Shown: positions 1-9,224, counted from the stretch's first letter. The stretch: 32,000 nucleotides of DNA from Candidatus Nanosynbacter lyticus (GCF_000803625.1 NZ_CP007496.1:300001-332000); one strand, 5' to 3'. The notes: generated by a model from the letters alone, not told the origin. Program-made: numbers and translations.

Positions 1-153
1 AATGTGGCTAAGTGTTGTTCTTTAATACAGGACGAGATTCCATTCCTCTTTCTATTTTCTCCTCAAAAAAAGGAATAAAACCTCATCCTGTGCTAGGCTG
101 CTTGTCAAAGTACGCTTTCGGACAAGGATTTACTCAACTAGTCAACAAAAGCT
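1..153 (-). ncRNA. Candidate structured non-coding transcript or long 5' leader (function unknown; runs off the left edge)
   Basis: No ORF over 60 aa in 1-245. A sigma70-like promoter at 160-188 points leftwards. Nested helices: 27-36 with 82-91, 42-52 with 66-76, and hairpin 101-110/115-126. Three pairs are G-U on the minus-strand RNA but C-A mismatches on the plus strand. Confidence 0.2.
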
Positions 154-159
154 GATATA

Positions 160-188
160 TATATATCACTAATAGAATAAAATGTCAA
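160..188 (-). promoter_or_regulatory. Putative sigma70-type promoter (TTGACA, 17 nt spacer, TATATA) reading leftwards
   Basis: The reverse complement of 183-188 is TTGACA and of 160-165 is TATATA, with exactly 17 nt between them. It lies downstream of the nrnA-like stop codon. Confidence 0.35.
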
Positions 189-269
189 GCGATTTTGTCA
201 AAAATGTGGTGTAATATTTTTATCAACTCTGTTGCGATCTTGGTGTGTTATATAGTAATTGTAAAAGCT

Positions 270-1256
270 TTAACTCTGCTCTGCTTCTTTCAAGGCCTTA
301 TCCGTCGCCGTTACCAATTCCCGCACAACCTCGTCATAATTCTCGTATACACGGAATCCTGACGCATATGGATGACCGCCACCACCGAAGTAGCCAGCGA
401 CCGTGTCGGCGATTGGGAGGTTGCCGCGTAGGCGGGCGGTCAGTTTGCCGTCGGGATAGGTTTTGATGACACAGCTGAGCGCCACGCCTTCGACTAGTCG
501 TAGTTCATCACCAATCAACGCGCCGGGGTTATAGGCGTCGCTGTAGGCTTGAATTTCCTCAAATGGCACGTGTACCAGCGCCAATTGTCCGTCCAGTAAA
601 TATTCGATGCGCTCAATCAATTTACCTTTGTACGCCAAAATTTCCGGCGATTTCTTCATAAATTCGCGCCGTCGCTCTTCGATTTCGGCATTGGAGGCGC
701 CAAGCTCGGTCAATTCACCAGCGACGTGAAAGGTCGCCGCGGTGGTATTTGGCGTAGTTAAGCCAAGGCTGTCAGACATAATGGCGATTAGCAAATTCTC
801 CGCCGCTTGCCGGTTGATAGTCCAACCAGCGTGGGTGAACAATTGGTACAATAATTCCCCGGTGGCCACCACCGTATCAGATAGTATGGTGTGCTCAAAA
901 CTCAGCGTTGACTCGGCGGTATGGTGGTCAATAACCAGTACCGGATGTGTTTCCAGAAAATGTCTTACTCCAGGTGTTTCTAGTACCTTGCTAAGCAATA
1001 CGTCGGCGCTAGTGTCGACAATAATAGCGGCGTCGGCCTGTGTTGGAAAATCACCAACTACCCTATCCCAGCCGCGTATGTAACGTAGGTATTTGGGGGT
1101 GTCGACCGGACAATATAATGTGACGGACTTTCCCAGGTCGCTCAGCACTTCTTCCAGTGCCAAGCTAGAACCCAGACTGTCGCCGTCAGGGTTTTCAGCT
1201 TGTATAATAACTATATTATTTGCAGATTGGATAAATTGTTTAGCTGTATCGAGCAT
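270..1256 (-). CDS. nrnA: DHH/DHHA1-family phosphoesterase (NrnA-like oligoribonuclease / pAp phosphatase)
   Basis: 328-aa ORF with DGDSLGS, VDTSAD and VIDHH (DHH motif) plus a C-terminal GGGGHPYASGF (DHHA1 GGGH motif). Confidence 0.85.
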   Translation of the reverse strand: MLDTAKQFIQSANNIVIIQAENPDGDSLGSSLALEEVLSDLGKSVTLYCPVDTPKYLRYIRGWDRVVGDFPTQADAAIIVDTSADVLLSKVLETPGVRHFLETHPVLVIDHHTAESTLSFEHTILSDTVVATGELLYQLFTHAGWTINRQAAENLLIAIMSDSLGLTTPNTTAATFHVAGELTELGASNAEIEERRREFMKKSPEILAYKGKLIERIEYLLDGQLALVHVPFEEIQAYSDAYNPGALIGDELRLVEGVALSCVIKTYPDGKLTARLRGNLPIADTVAGYFGGGGHPYASGFRVYENYDEVVRELVTATDKALKEAEQS

Positions 1257-1375
1257 ATATTTATTATAACAAATAGTTTTTATGTCTTTGGTGAGGATTT
1301 TAGGGGCTTAATTTATAGCTATATAGAGACGTTTAACAGATACACTAAAAACGTAAACATTTTTATAAATTATTA

Positions 1376-1404
1376 TTGACAAAATATAAAAATTGTGCTA
1401 GTAT
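1376..1404 (+). promoter_or_regulatory. Putative promoter for the surface-protein gene (TTGACA, 17 nt, TGC-TAGTAT)
   Basis: TTGACA at 1376-1381, a 17-nt spacer, and TAGTAT at 1399-1404 preceded by TG. A strong RBS (GGAAAGAGGAG, 1432-1442) lies 5 nt before the ATG at 1448. Confidence 0.5.
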
Positions 1405-1447
1405 GGGAACATAAAGCCCGAATATTGGGCTGGAAAGAGGAGTTTTT

Positions 1448-2596
1448 ATGAACAAATTTAAGAAAATCGGCATCGCTATTTCTCTGGGAATCGCTTTGTT
1501 CGGTGGAATTTGGCTAGCATCGCCTTCACAGGCTGCCGGCTGTAACAAATTTAATGTCGTTTACTGCGGCACCAATTCTATGTCAGAATTGCAATCGGCA
1601 TATAGCCGTTCGGAGATTAAATCTCTATATAGCCAATGGTATATTACTGAAACCATGATTCAGGGTGGCTCAAACATGCGTGAAGGTGTGGTTGATGCAA
1701 GCGGTAATATTACAGTTGACGGTCGAGTTGTGGCTACAAACGCCGTAACCGTACAGTCTAAGGCTGGTACTCGTCAGCCTACCCCACAGCGTACATATAG
1801 CGCGGCTGGTTATACTTACTACCAGTACACAACTGGCCAGAGCTTTGTGGATGGCCCTAAGAGCTACCGAATCTATGCATGGTTTGATGACAATGGTAAG
1901 TTCATCACCGGTGTTATTAAGGATTGTGGTAACCCAGTTTGGGGTCCACCAACAACACCTCCAGCAAAGCCAGCGCTAACATGTGACGTCCTGCAAGTAG
2001 CTGAAGTTTCTCGTAACACGTTTAAGTTTAGTACAAAAGCAACCGCTAAAGACGGCGCAACTATCACCAGCTACACTTACGACTTCGGTGATGGTAATAC
2101 TCAGACAACTACCTCATCTGAAATCCAACACACTTACGCAAAAGCTGGTAACTATAAAGTTACTGTTACGGTAAACGGCAAAGAGGCTGGTGAAGTTAAA
2201 AGGCAGAGCCCAAACTGCGAAAAGACTATCACGGTTAAAGACGAGCCTAAAATTCAAGTTTGTGATTTAGCAACAAAGAAATACCCAGTAACTATTAAAG
2301 AGTCTGAATTCAATGAGAAAAAGCACTCAAAGAATCCAAATGACTGTAAAGAGGCTCCTTCTAAGATTAAGGTGTGTGTGATTAAGACTAAAGAAATTCG
2401 TGAAATTAAGAAAGAAGAATTCAACGAGTTAAATCATACGACGGATATGAGTAAGTGTCAGGAAACTCCTGCCACTCCTACGCCTTCTCCAGAGTTGCCA
2501 ACGACTGGTGCAGGCGACGTGATTATGTCAGCACTAGGCCTGGGTGGATTGACCGCAGCTACTATCGCTTATGTTGTTAGCCGCCGCCAAATGTAA
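1448..2596 (+). CDS. Secreted LPXTG-anchored surface protein with a PKD domain
   Basis: Signal peptide (MNKFKKIGIAISLGIALFGGIWLASPSQA). PKD signature YTYDFGDGNT...HTYAKAGNYKVTVTV. C-terminal LPTTG, then a hydrophobic helix and a basic tail (SRRQM), which is a sortase sorting signal. Confidence 0.85.
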   Translation: MNKFKKIGIAISLGIALFGGIWLASPSQAAGCNKFNVVYCGTNSMSELQSAYSRSEIKSLYSQWYITETMIQGGSNMREGVVDASGNITVDGRVVATNAVTVQSKAGTRQPTPQRTYSAAGYTYYQYTTGQSFVDGPKSYRIYAWFDDNGKFITGVIKDCGNPVWGPPTTPPAKPALTCDVLQVAEVSRNTFKFSTKATAKDGATITSYTYDFGDGNTQTTTSSEIQHTYAKAGNYKVTVTVNGKEAGEVKRQSPNCEKTITVKDEPKIQVCDLATKKYPVTIKESEFNEKKHSKNPNDCKEAPSKIKVCVIKTKEIREIKKEEFNELNHTTDMSKCQETPATPTPSPELPTTGAGDVIMSALGLGGLTAATIAYVVSRRQM

Positions 2597-2612
2597 TAGG
2601 CTAAGCTAATAG

Positions 2613-2647
2613 AAAAATACCCGCCATAATCAGGCGGGTATTTTATT
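2613..2647. terminator. Bidirectional rho-independent terminator between convergent genes
   Basis: Stem TACCCGCC (2618-2625) pairs with GGCGGGTA (2633-2640). It is flanked by an A-run upstream and a T-run downstream. Confidence 0.75.
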
Positions 2648-2664
2648 GGCTTTAAGGTGTGAGA

Positions 2665-3282
2665 TTATAGTTTTTTCCGACCTTCTAAGGCGTGCGTTAA
2701 TGTAATCTGATCTGCATATTCAAGGTCAACACCGACTGGTATGCCGCGCGCCAAGCGAGTAATTGTAGTACCTAATCCAGCTTCCTGGATGTAGCGCTGT
2801 AAAAACAAAGCAGTAGACTCACCCTCGACTGAGGCGTTAGTGGCGATAATAATTTCCTGTACGTCGTCGGTTTTTATACGCTCAATTAGCTCAGGAATAT
2901 GCAGTTGCTCCGGTCCAATATTATCGATTGGCGAAATCACGCCACCTAGTACATGATAGGTGCCGGTAAATTGTTTTGTTCTCTCTAGCGCAATAATGTC
3001 TAGCGGCTCTTCAACTACGCAAACAAGCTGTCTATTTCTGCCCTGGTCTGCGTATAGTGGCGAAACGTCGTCGCTAGCATCAATCAGCGCAAATGTTTTT
3101 GGGCAAGTTTTTACGTGGTCATGTAGTCGATCCAGTGAGCGCGCCAACTGCTTAGCAGATTTAGGATCACGGCGTAAAACCGCGTAAGCGTATCTCTCTG
3201 CTGTCCGCGGTCCTACTCCGGGTAAATTACCAAAATCATCAATTAAAGCCGTTAAGGCTTTGGGTAAAATGTCAGTTGACAT
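2665..3282 (-). CDS. recR: Recombination protein RecR (zinc-finger-less variant)
   Basis: 205 aa with the HhH motif LPGVGPRTAERYAY and Toprim region VQEIIIATNASVEGESTALF, and a C-terminal end typical of RecR. Only 1 of the 4 usual zinc-finger Cys residues is present. Confidence 0.9.
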   Translation of the reverse strand: MSTDILPKALTALIDDFGNLPGVGPRTAERYAYAVLRRDPKSAKQLARSLDRLHDHVKTCPKTFALIDASDDVSPLYADQGRNRQLVCVVEEPLDIIALERTKQFTGTYHVLGGVISPIDNIGPEQLHIPELIERIKTDDVQEIIIATNASVEGESTALFLQRYIQEAGLGTTITRLARGIPVGVDLEYADQITLTHALEGRKKL

Positions 3283-3286
3283 GATC

Positions 3287-3577
3287 TTAGAATGGCAAGT
3301 TTCCTAGGCCGCCCATCAATGGCTTCATGGTTTCAGCGGCAACTTCCTGAGCCTTAGCCATACCGTCGCGAACCGCAATTTCAATCCAGTGCTCTAGTTC
3401 TTCAATGTTCTCTAAGTCAACCATTTCTGGGTCAATTTTTACTGACTTGATTTTTAGTTCGCCACTAATTTGCACCACTACCGCACCATCACCAGCCTCA
3501 ACTTCAATGATTTCCTTGCCTAATTGTTTCTGTGCTTTACGTAGCTGTTGCAACATTTTTACTTGATCAAATGCCAT
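3287..3577 (-). CDS. ybaB: YbaB/EbfC-family nucleoid-associated protein
   Basis: 96 aa, with an N-terminal MLQQLRKAQKQL segment and a C-terminal PLMGGLGNLPF. It sits directly upstream of recR, the conserved ybaB-recR arrangement. Confidence 0.85.
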   Translation of the reverse strand: MAFDQVKMLQQLRKAQKQLGKEIIEVEAGDGAVVVQISGELKIKSVKIDPEMVDLENIEELEHWIEIAVRDGMAKAQEVAAETMKPLMGGLGNLPF

Positions 3578-3609
3578 ATTCCTCCTTATTTAATATGTAT
3601 AATTATACC

Positions 3610-5073
3610 TTATTTTTTGTCAGATGTGTAGACGTAGAAGCGGTCCCCGCCCTGGTTGTGTTCGCTGACGATAATTGAAGATAAATGGCCTGAGTAGGTT
3701 TTTGGTATGGTGTTTTTTGTGGCATGGCTGACGTATAGTGTTTGTCCGACTTTTTCTGGTGCCGTGCGGATAATTGATATTTTATGATAACTATGTTTTT
3801 GGAGCGCTTCGTAAATTGGCGATTCTTCTTTGCTGACTAATAGAGAGAACGAGTCAGTTGGTGCGGTATTTTTTTGTAAGAGAGACAAGTCTTTATTAAA
3901 ATGTGAAACAGCCTCTGGGAAATAGCGATAACTATCAATGTAGCGGAAGCTACCACCCGCCACCATAACAATAATTAAGAGAGATATAAGAACTAATCCT
4001 GTGCCGCGAGCGTAAGGGTTGCGCGGGAAAAGCCCGTACCACATAGCCATTAGGGATTCCAGGCCGACTGCCAGCAGAATGAATAGTGGAACGATGATAA
4101 TTGGTGTTAAGCTTGGCTGGAAGATTAGTAGGGCTATTGCTAAAACTAGCCATGACCAAATCATAAATGAGCGGGCGCTGGCAATTTTTTGGAAGCTGCG
4201 AACCAATCCTAATCCGATTAGAATCATGGCGTTAAAGTCCATGATTGGTGTAATTTGGTTGCCTACGACTGACGGGAATATACGAAGATAGGTGTAGTAT
4301 AGGGTTTTAAGATTGGCGAACATATCAAAACTGAGATTATTAATGCCAATGAGACTATGAAATAGCGCGTGAGATTTATAACACAGAAAGCCAATTCCGA
4401 GAATTATTGTGAGTAGAATAGTCAACGGTAAAATCCAGGACCCTCGATGTTTTCTGGAGATAAGAAAGTAGCGTGGGTGTGGGTGGAGAAAGGCGATAAT
4501 CAGGAGTCCTAAATTGATATACCAAAGATATGGAGTAAAGAGGCTGAAGGCTGTGGTGATAGCTAGTCCAATCCGCCAGAGTGAAGCTTTTGGCGCTTTC
4601 TGAAGAATGAGCGTCGCAAAAAGTAGTGTTAGGGCGGTATAGAAAATATATAAAACGCCAACGGTTGCGCTCTGTCCTATGAATAGGAATTGACCGGTGC
4701 TAATCATGATAAGTAGCGATAAGATGGTCGTGGAGGGCTTAAACCAGCGTTTAAGTAGGAAGAATATGGCTATGGAGCTAATGATCGACAGCAGGACGGC
4801 TGGGGCTTTAATTGTCAGTAAGCTGACGCCAAATAGCTTGAAAAATGCTAGCTGAAGTAGATGAAACGGTAAGTTGGCTGTGGCAAGTCCTTCTGAGCTA
4901 AATTTCAAGTGGTTTGTGGTATTAACCATGTCAATTTCTGCTTGAGACAGTCCGCCTGGTGCGCGTAAAGCGGAAACCGTAACAGCCCCTATGTACAATA
5001 ATACCAACAGAGTATATCCGAAAGCATAGCGCCATCGGTAAAGAAAAATATCAGTAACTTTTTGCTTTTTCAT
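3610..5073 (-). CDS. Polytopic membrane protein, possibly a GT-C-type (ArnT/PMT-like) glycosyltransferase
   Basis: 487 aa with about 11-13 hydrophobic helices and a soluble C-terminal ~100 aa. The function is inferred from topology only; no catalytic motif was securely recognised. Confidence 0.4.
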   Translation of the reverse strand: MKKQKVTDIFLYRWRYAFGYTLLVLLYIGAVTVSALRAPGGLSQAEIDMVNTTNHLKFSSEGLATANLPFHLLQLAFFKLFGVSLLTIKAPAVLLSIISSIAIFFLLKRWFKPSTTILSLLIMISTGQFLFIGQSATVGVLYIFYTALTLLFATLILQKAPKASLWRIGLAITTAFSLFTPYLWYINLGLLIIAFLHPHPRYFLISRKHRGSWILPLTILLTIILGIGFLCYKSHALFHSLIGINNLSFDMFANLKTLYYTYLRIFPSVVGNQITPIMDFNAMILIGLGLVRSFQKIASARSFMIWSWLVLAIALLIFQPSLTPIIIVPLFILLAVGLESLMAMWYGLFPRNPYARGTGLVLISLLIIVMVAGGSFRYIDSYRYFPEAVSHFNKDLSLLQKNTAPTDSFSLLVSKEESPIYEALQKHSYHKISIIRTAPEKVGQTLYVSHATKNTIPKTYSGHLSSIIVSEHNQGGDRFYVYTSDKK

Positions 5074-5094
5074 TGGTATGATTATAGCACAATT

Positions 5095-6444
5095 CTATTC
5101 GTGCTTGCGATCCAGGCTCATGAAGCGGAGGCGCTCTGGGTGGAAGTACAATTGGACTTTTCCGACGGGGCCGTTACGGTGCTTAGCGATGATTAGGTCG
5201 GTGATGTTTTGGACTTCCGGGTTGTCTGGTTCGTAATATCCTGGGCGATAAATGAAGCTGACGATATCGGCGTCCTGCTCGATGGATCCAGATTCACGTA
5301 GGTCAGCCAGTTGTGGAATTGGCGGGGTGCGCGATTCGACTGAACGACTCAACTGACTTAGCGCAATCAGTGGTACATTGAGCTCACGGGCAATTAACTT
5401 CAAGCCACGGGAAATTTCCGATACTTCCTGGACGCGGTTACCATTGTGATTGCCGTTGGCCTGCATCAGCTGTAAGTAGTCAACGATGATTAGTCCCAGT
5501 TGATTCTCATGAGCAATTCTGCGAGCTTTAGTGCGCATCTCTAGAACCGAAAGTCCCGGCGTATCGTCAATGTAAATCGGTGCTTCGGCCATCTCGCCCA
5601 TGGCTTCGGACAATTTGGCAAAATCATTATCGCTCAAGTTTCCAGTGCGAATATTCCAGCTGTCGACGCCTGAAGCATCTGCCAGCATACGGTCAACCAA
5701 TTGTTCTTTACTCATCTCTAGGCTAAAGAACAGCACCGGCTTTTTCTCAATTGTCGCCACATTGTATGCTAAGTTAGTCACTAGTGTGGTCTTACCCATG
5801 GCCGGACGAGCCGCCAGGATGATCAAGTCGGACTTCTGTAGTCCAGCCGTCATATTGTCAAGGTCGCGATATCCAGTACGGACGCCCCGTAGAGAGCCTT
5901 TATTTTTGCTAAGCTCTTCAATTCGGTCAAAACTGTCCGTCAGAATGCTCTCTAAGCTCACTAAATCTTGTTTGGTTGATTGGTCGGAAACACTGAATAA
6001 TTCAGCCTCAGCTTTTTCTAGCAGTTCCTGCGTTGTCGTAGATTCGTCATAGCCAAGTTCAGAAATGTCACCACTCGCCTTAATAAGTCGTCGACGCACT
6101 GCCGTTTGCGCTACCATCTCGGCGTATGCTGAGGCGTGCGCTGCTGTCGGTACGTAGTTTGTCAGTTCTGTTAGGTAGGCCGATCCACCAACCATCTCCA
6201 GCTCATCTTTACGTTTTAATTCATCTGTTAGTGTCAACAAATCAACTGGCTTATGTTTTTCAAATAAGCGCATCATCCCGGCAAAAATCAGTCCGTGGTT
6301 TTTGTCATAAAAATCGTTAGCGTGAGTGATCTCCGCAGCATCCGCCAGGACTTCCTCGTCAATTAAAACAGCTCCAAGCAGACTCTTCTCTGCGTCTAAA
6401 TTTTGTGGTGGAATTTTTCCGTTCGCGTTGCCTTTATCTGCCAT
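5095..6444 (-). CDS. dnaB: Replicative DNA helicase DnaB
   Basis: 449 aa. N-terminal PPQNLDAEKSLLGAVL, Walker A ARPAMGKTT, LIIVDYLQLM, and a RecA-like C-terminal domain. The start overlaps the dnaX stop (TAATG). Confidence 0.95.
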   Translation of the reverse strand: MADKGNANGKIPPQNLDAEKSLLGAVLIDEEVLADAAEITHANDFYDKNHGLIFAGMMRLFEKHKPVDLLTLTDELKRKDELEMVGGSAYLTELTNYVPTAAHASAYAEMVAQTAVRRRLIKASGDISELGYDESTTTQELLEKAEAELFSVSDQSTKQDLVSLESILTDSFDRIEELSKNKGSLRGVRTGYRDLDNMTAGLQKSDLIILAARPAMGKTTLVTNLAYNVATIEKKPVLFFSLEMSKEQLVDRMLADASGVDSWNIRTGNLSDNDFAKLSEAMGEMAEAPIYIDDTPGLSVLEMRTKARRIAHENQLGLIIVDYLQLMQANGNHNGNRVQEVSEISRGLKLIARELNVPLIALSQLSRSVESRTPPIPQLADLRESGSIEQDADIVSFIYRPGYYEPDNPEVQNITDLIIAKHRNGPVGKVQLYFHPERLRFMSLDRKHE

Positions 6445-7892
6445 TAAATATCCTCCAATTTAACCTCTTCGCCGCCACCCATCAATTCGGCAATTTTCGC
6501 CAGCTTTTTATCCTCTGGCGGTTTCTTCTCTCCAATTATATCAATTTCTAGCTCCATGCCTGTCTCTTCCGTGATTATCTCCGCAATTAATGGCCGATTT
6601 TTGGCGTCGTCCAGTTTCTTCTTGTAAAACGCGGTGCCGGCGTAAATTGTTAATTTTTCTCCATCAAATGCCCACTGGCTTTTTTGCAGTAAAGAAGATA
6701 GCCCAAGGGATTTTTCTTTTGCCTTTTCAACTACTTTGTCCCAATCTATTTCTAATGGAGTGTCAGTTTTCTTTGGTTTTGCAGTGGGTTTCTTCGGCGG
6801 CTCCACTGTCTTTTCCTCTTTCTCAAGAGGCTTTTCTACTGGTTTAGCTGGAGCAGTCGGTTTGGCTGGTGCTGAAATTGTAGGCTGCTTTTTAACTATG
6901 GTTTCGGCGACATTTTTCTTTGGCGTAATTGGATTTTTACTGGCCTGAGAATCGCAATTCATAAATATCGTCAATAATTTTAAGTCCGGATGCGGGTGCC
7001 GATCAACCTCAATTAACTGCTGGACTAGCTTGACCAGATTTGGGTTTTGCCGTAGTTTATTACGTGCAATTGATAGTAACTGGTGGGAAACGACTACTGA
7101 ATTGGCGCCATTATTTTCTAAATCCCTGAAGACATCTAAGATTTGCTCATTATTGCCAGTCTGGTATAAATCCAGTAATCCGTTAAGTTTTGAAGTGTCG
7201 CTTAGACCTAAATATTCGGCGACCATAGCACTGGTCAATGGTTGGTCGGGTGTTGCCAAAATTGATAATTGGTCTAGCATACTGATCCCGTCGCGAAACC
7301 CGCCGCGCGAGCGCTCAGCAATCAACCGTGCGGCGCCTTCCTCAATGCCAAAGCCCTCTTTTTCGGCAATGTTCATGAGCTGGCGTGCCATAATTTCTGT
7401 CGGGATTGGACGGAAGAAAAATTGCTGGACGCGACTGAGGATGGTGGCGGGCAGCTTGTCGGCGTCGGTGGTAGCCAAGATGAATACTACGTGCGCTGGT
7501 GGTTCCTCCAGGGTTTTTAATAGTGCGTTGAAGGCAGGCTTGGACAGCATGTGGACTTCGTCGATGATGTAGATTTTCTTCGGCGCGGAAACGGGCGCGA
7601 CTTGTGCTTTCTCGCGCAGGGCGCGGATGTCGTCGACGCCGTTGTTGCTGGCGGCGTCAATTTCGATGATGTCCAGGTGTGACACTTCCTCGTCATACGG
7701 CAGCTGATTGATCTCATGCGCCAAAATGCGCGCTACGCTGGTTTTTCCGACGCCGCGCGGACCCGTCAGCAAATACGCATGGGCGATTTTCCCCTGCTCC
7801 AAGGCTCGGCGCAAAATGTTGGTCACGTGATCTTGCCCCAACACCTCGTCCAAGCTACGACTGCGATATTTGCGGTACAGCGCCTGACTCAT
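6444..7892 (-). CDS. dnaX: DNA polymerase III subunit gamma/tau (DnaX)
   Basis: MSQALYRKYRS..., Walker A GPRGVGKTS, and DEVHML. It has a Lys/Pro-rich linker and a tau-like C-terminus. The first ATG is at 7892; the ORF track extends to a TTG at 7916. Confidence 0.9.
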   Translation of the reverse strand: MSQALYRKYRSRSLDEVLGQDHVTNILRRALEQGKIAHAYLLTGPRGVGKTSVARILAHEINQLPYDEEVSHLDIIEIDAASNNGVDDIRALREKAQVAPVSAPKKIYIIDEVHMLSKPAFNALLKTLEEPPAHVVFILATTDADKLPATILSRVQQFFFRPIPTEIMARQLMNIAEKEGFGIEEGAARLIAERSRGGFRDGISMLDQLSILATPDQPLTSAMVAEYLGLSDTSKLNGLLDLYQTGNNEQILDVFRDLENNGANSVVVSHQLLSIARNKLRQNPNLVKLVQQLIEVDRHPHPDLKLLTIFMNCDSQASKNPITPKKNVAETIVKKQPTISAPAKPTAPAKPVEKPLEKEEKTVEPPKKPTAKPKKTDTPLEIDWDKVVEKAKEKSLGLSSLLQKSQWAFDGEKLTIYAGTAFYKKKLDDAKNRPLIAEIITEETGMELEIDIIGEKKPPEDKKLAKIAELMGGGEEVKLEDI

Positions 7893-7944
7893 TCCCTCAC
7901 ATTCCTCATGGGACAATTATAGCAGAAAACAGCGTCTAGTGTAT

Positions 7945-8355
7945 TTATGGATAGCGTAGGTCGACTTTGTGCTTAGTTTCGGCGACATAAAAACGGTAAT
8001 AACTATCAGTATCTGATACAGTCGGATTTTCAAGTATTTCGTCATTTTCTTTTATCTCAATATATTCATCGTTTTCGTACGGCTTGATAAGCTTAGTAAA
8101 TTCAAACGCATATTCACCAGAAATATTTTTTAGCTCTTGGCTCTGATCTATTGGATCGGCATAGTCGGTCATAACTAATACTAGGAATCGTCCGTTATTA
8201 TCGGCGAATAGATGAAACGTGGTGTCGGGGTATAATGGCACTAGCGGTGCGAACTGTCGAACATACCCCAATTTTTCGAGAATTGGAAATGCTTCAAAAA
8301 CTATATTTGGAAATACGAAGTTTGAATAGTTATTCATAAATAAGTATTGTATCAA
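7945..8355 (-). CDS. Hypothetical protein (third gene of an unknown three-gene operon)
   Basis: 136-aa ORF. Its TTG start overlaps the upstream stop (TTGA); an alternative ATG is at 8337. No family was recognised. Confidence 0.55.
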   Translation of the reverse strand: MIQYLFMNNYSNFVFPNIVFEAFPILEKLGYVRQFAPLVPLYPDTTFHLFADNNGRFLVLVMTDYADPIDQSQELKNISGEYAFEFTKLIKPYENDEYIEIKENDEILENPTVSDTDSYYRFYVAETKHKVDLRYP

Positions 8356-9224
8356 AATAGCGTCAACTGCTCGCTTGGTAGTTCCAGCTCAATATCTCCA
8401 GTAATTTTATGCGCCTGGTAGCCGATGAACTTTTTGAGATTGTAAGCTAGTAGCTGGTCTTTATGCTCGGTGATGACAATCGAGCCAATAACGCTGTGGA
8501 CGCGCCCGACAAGTTTATTTTGGTCTTTCATGATTATAGCTAGTGCTAGATCGATGTCGTTAGTATGAAAATAATCTTCGCAAGCAATTAGCTCGGATTT
8601 TGGAAATAACACACCAATCTTTTGCTCAATTTCAAGTAGTTTTTGCCGCAACTTCTTCTCGCCAGCTGCGCGTTCAAAAGGTTGCTTTATAAGCTCAAGT
8701 TTTTTATGAATCGGCATAGTCTCGACAATTCCGTCCAGCGCGGAAATTTTCGCCTCGTATTGTCGAGCAATTAACGCCGAAGAGAATGTCTCCAATTTTA
8801 ACGCTAAGCGCGCTCCCTGCTCCAGCAATCGCCGAATGCCGCGTTCTTCTTGCGAGATGCCGACTTTAATGACTCCTGGCGCGAAATATGCCAGATAGAC
8901 GAAGTGCGGGTTTTGATTAATCTTTTCTTGCTGTGCTGACACCGAATCGGCGTTATAAAACGCAGGATTAAAACCAGTCCGATCACGGCATTTCAGGCAG
9001 TTTTCATATTTGCCGTCAACCGTGGTGGAATCTGGACAAATTTGGCTGCAATGATTTTCAAAATCTACCCAGCCAGTGCAATATTTGGTCGAGAAGTCAA
9101 ATTCAAGCGATAAATCTTGCCCAAACAATTCCCGCCGCTCAATTTCGTCACCAACCTGACAGTCAATAAACGGCTTATTCTCGTTATTAAAACTGACGTA
9201 AGCGAGTAAAAAATCACTCGGCAT
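8352..9224 (-). CDS. Hypothetical protein with an N-terminal Cys4 zinc-ribbon-like motif
   Basis: 290 aa. It contains HCSQICPDSTTVDGKYENCLKCRDRTG (Cx3Cx14Cx2C). The segment FVYLAYFAPGVIKVGISQEERGIRRLLEQGA resembles DUF2797 or GIY-YIG-like cores from memory, but this is unverified. Confidence 0.65.
   Translation of the reverse strand: MPSDFLLAYVSFNNENKPFIDCQVGDEIERRELFGQDLSLEFDFSTKYCTGWVDFENHCSQICPDSTTVDGKYENCLKCRDRTGFNPAFYNADSVSAQQEKINQNPHFVYLAYFAPGVIKVGISQEERGIRRLLEQGARLALKLETFSSALIARQYEAKISALDGIVETMPIHKKLELIKQPFERAAGEKKLRQKLLEIEQKIGVLFPKSELIACEDYFHTNDIDLALAIIMKDQNKLVGRVHSVIGSIVITEHKDQLLAYNLKKFIGYQAHKITGDIELELPSEQLTLF

Noticed and set aside
82-130. SRP (4.5S) RNA domain IV, suggested by AAGCAGCC next to a GAAA-containing hairpin on the minus strand
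   Set aside because: In the 4.5S/scRNA sequences I recalled, GGAAGCAGC follows the GNRA tetraloop immediately. Here 12 unpaired nt intervene, and the 5' strand (AGGUCC-like) is absent. The match is not supportable.
245-1083. Plus-strand ORFs 245..466 and 742..1083, opposite the nrnA-like gene
   Set aside because: They are antisense shadows of a gene with clear DHH/DHHA1 motifs. They are Arg/Ser/Cys-rich with no start signals.
6670-6690. Programmed -1 frameshift site in dnaX (run GCAAAAAAGCC), as in the E. coli tau/gamma system
   Set aside because: The A6G run is in the wrong register (CAA AAA AGC, not xxA AAA AAG). It lies near the extreme C-terminus and has no downstream hairpin.
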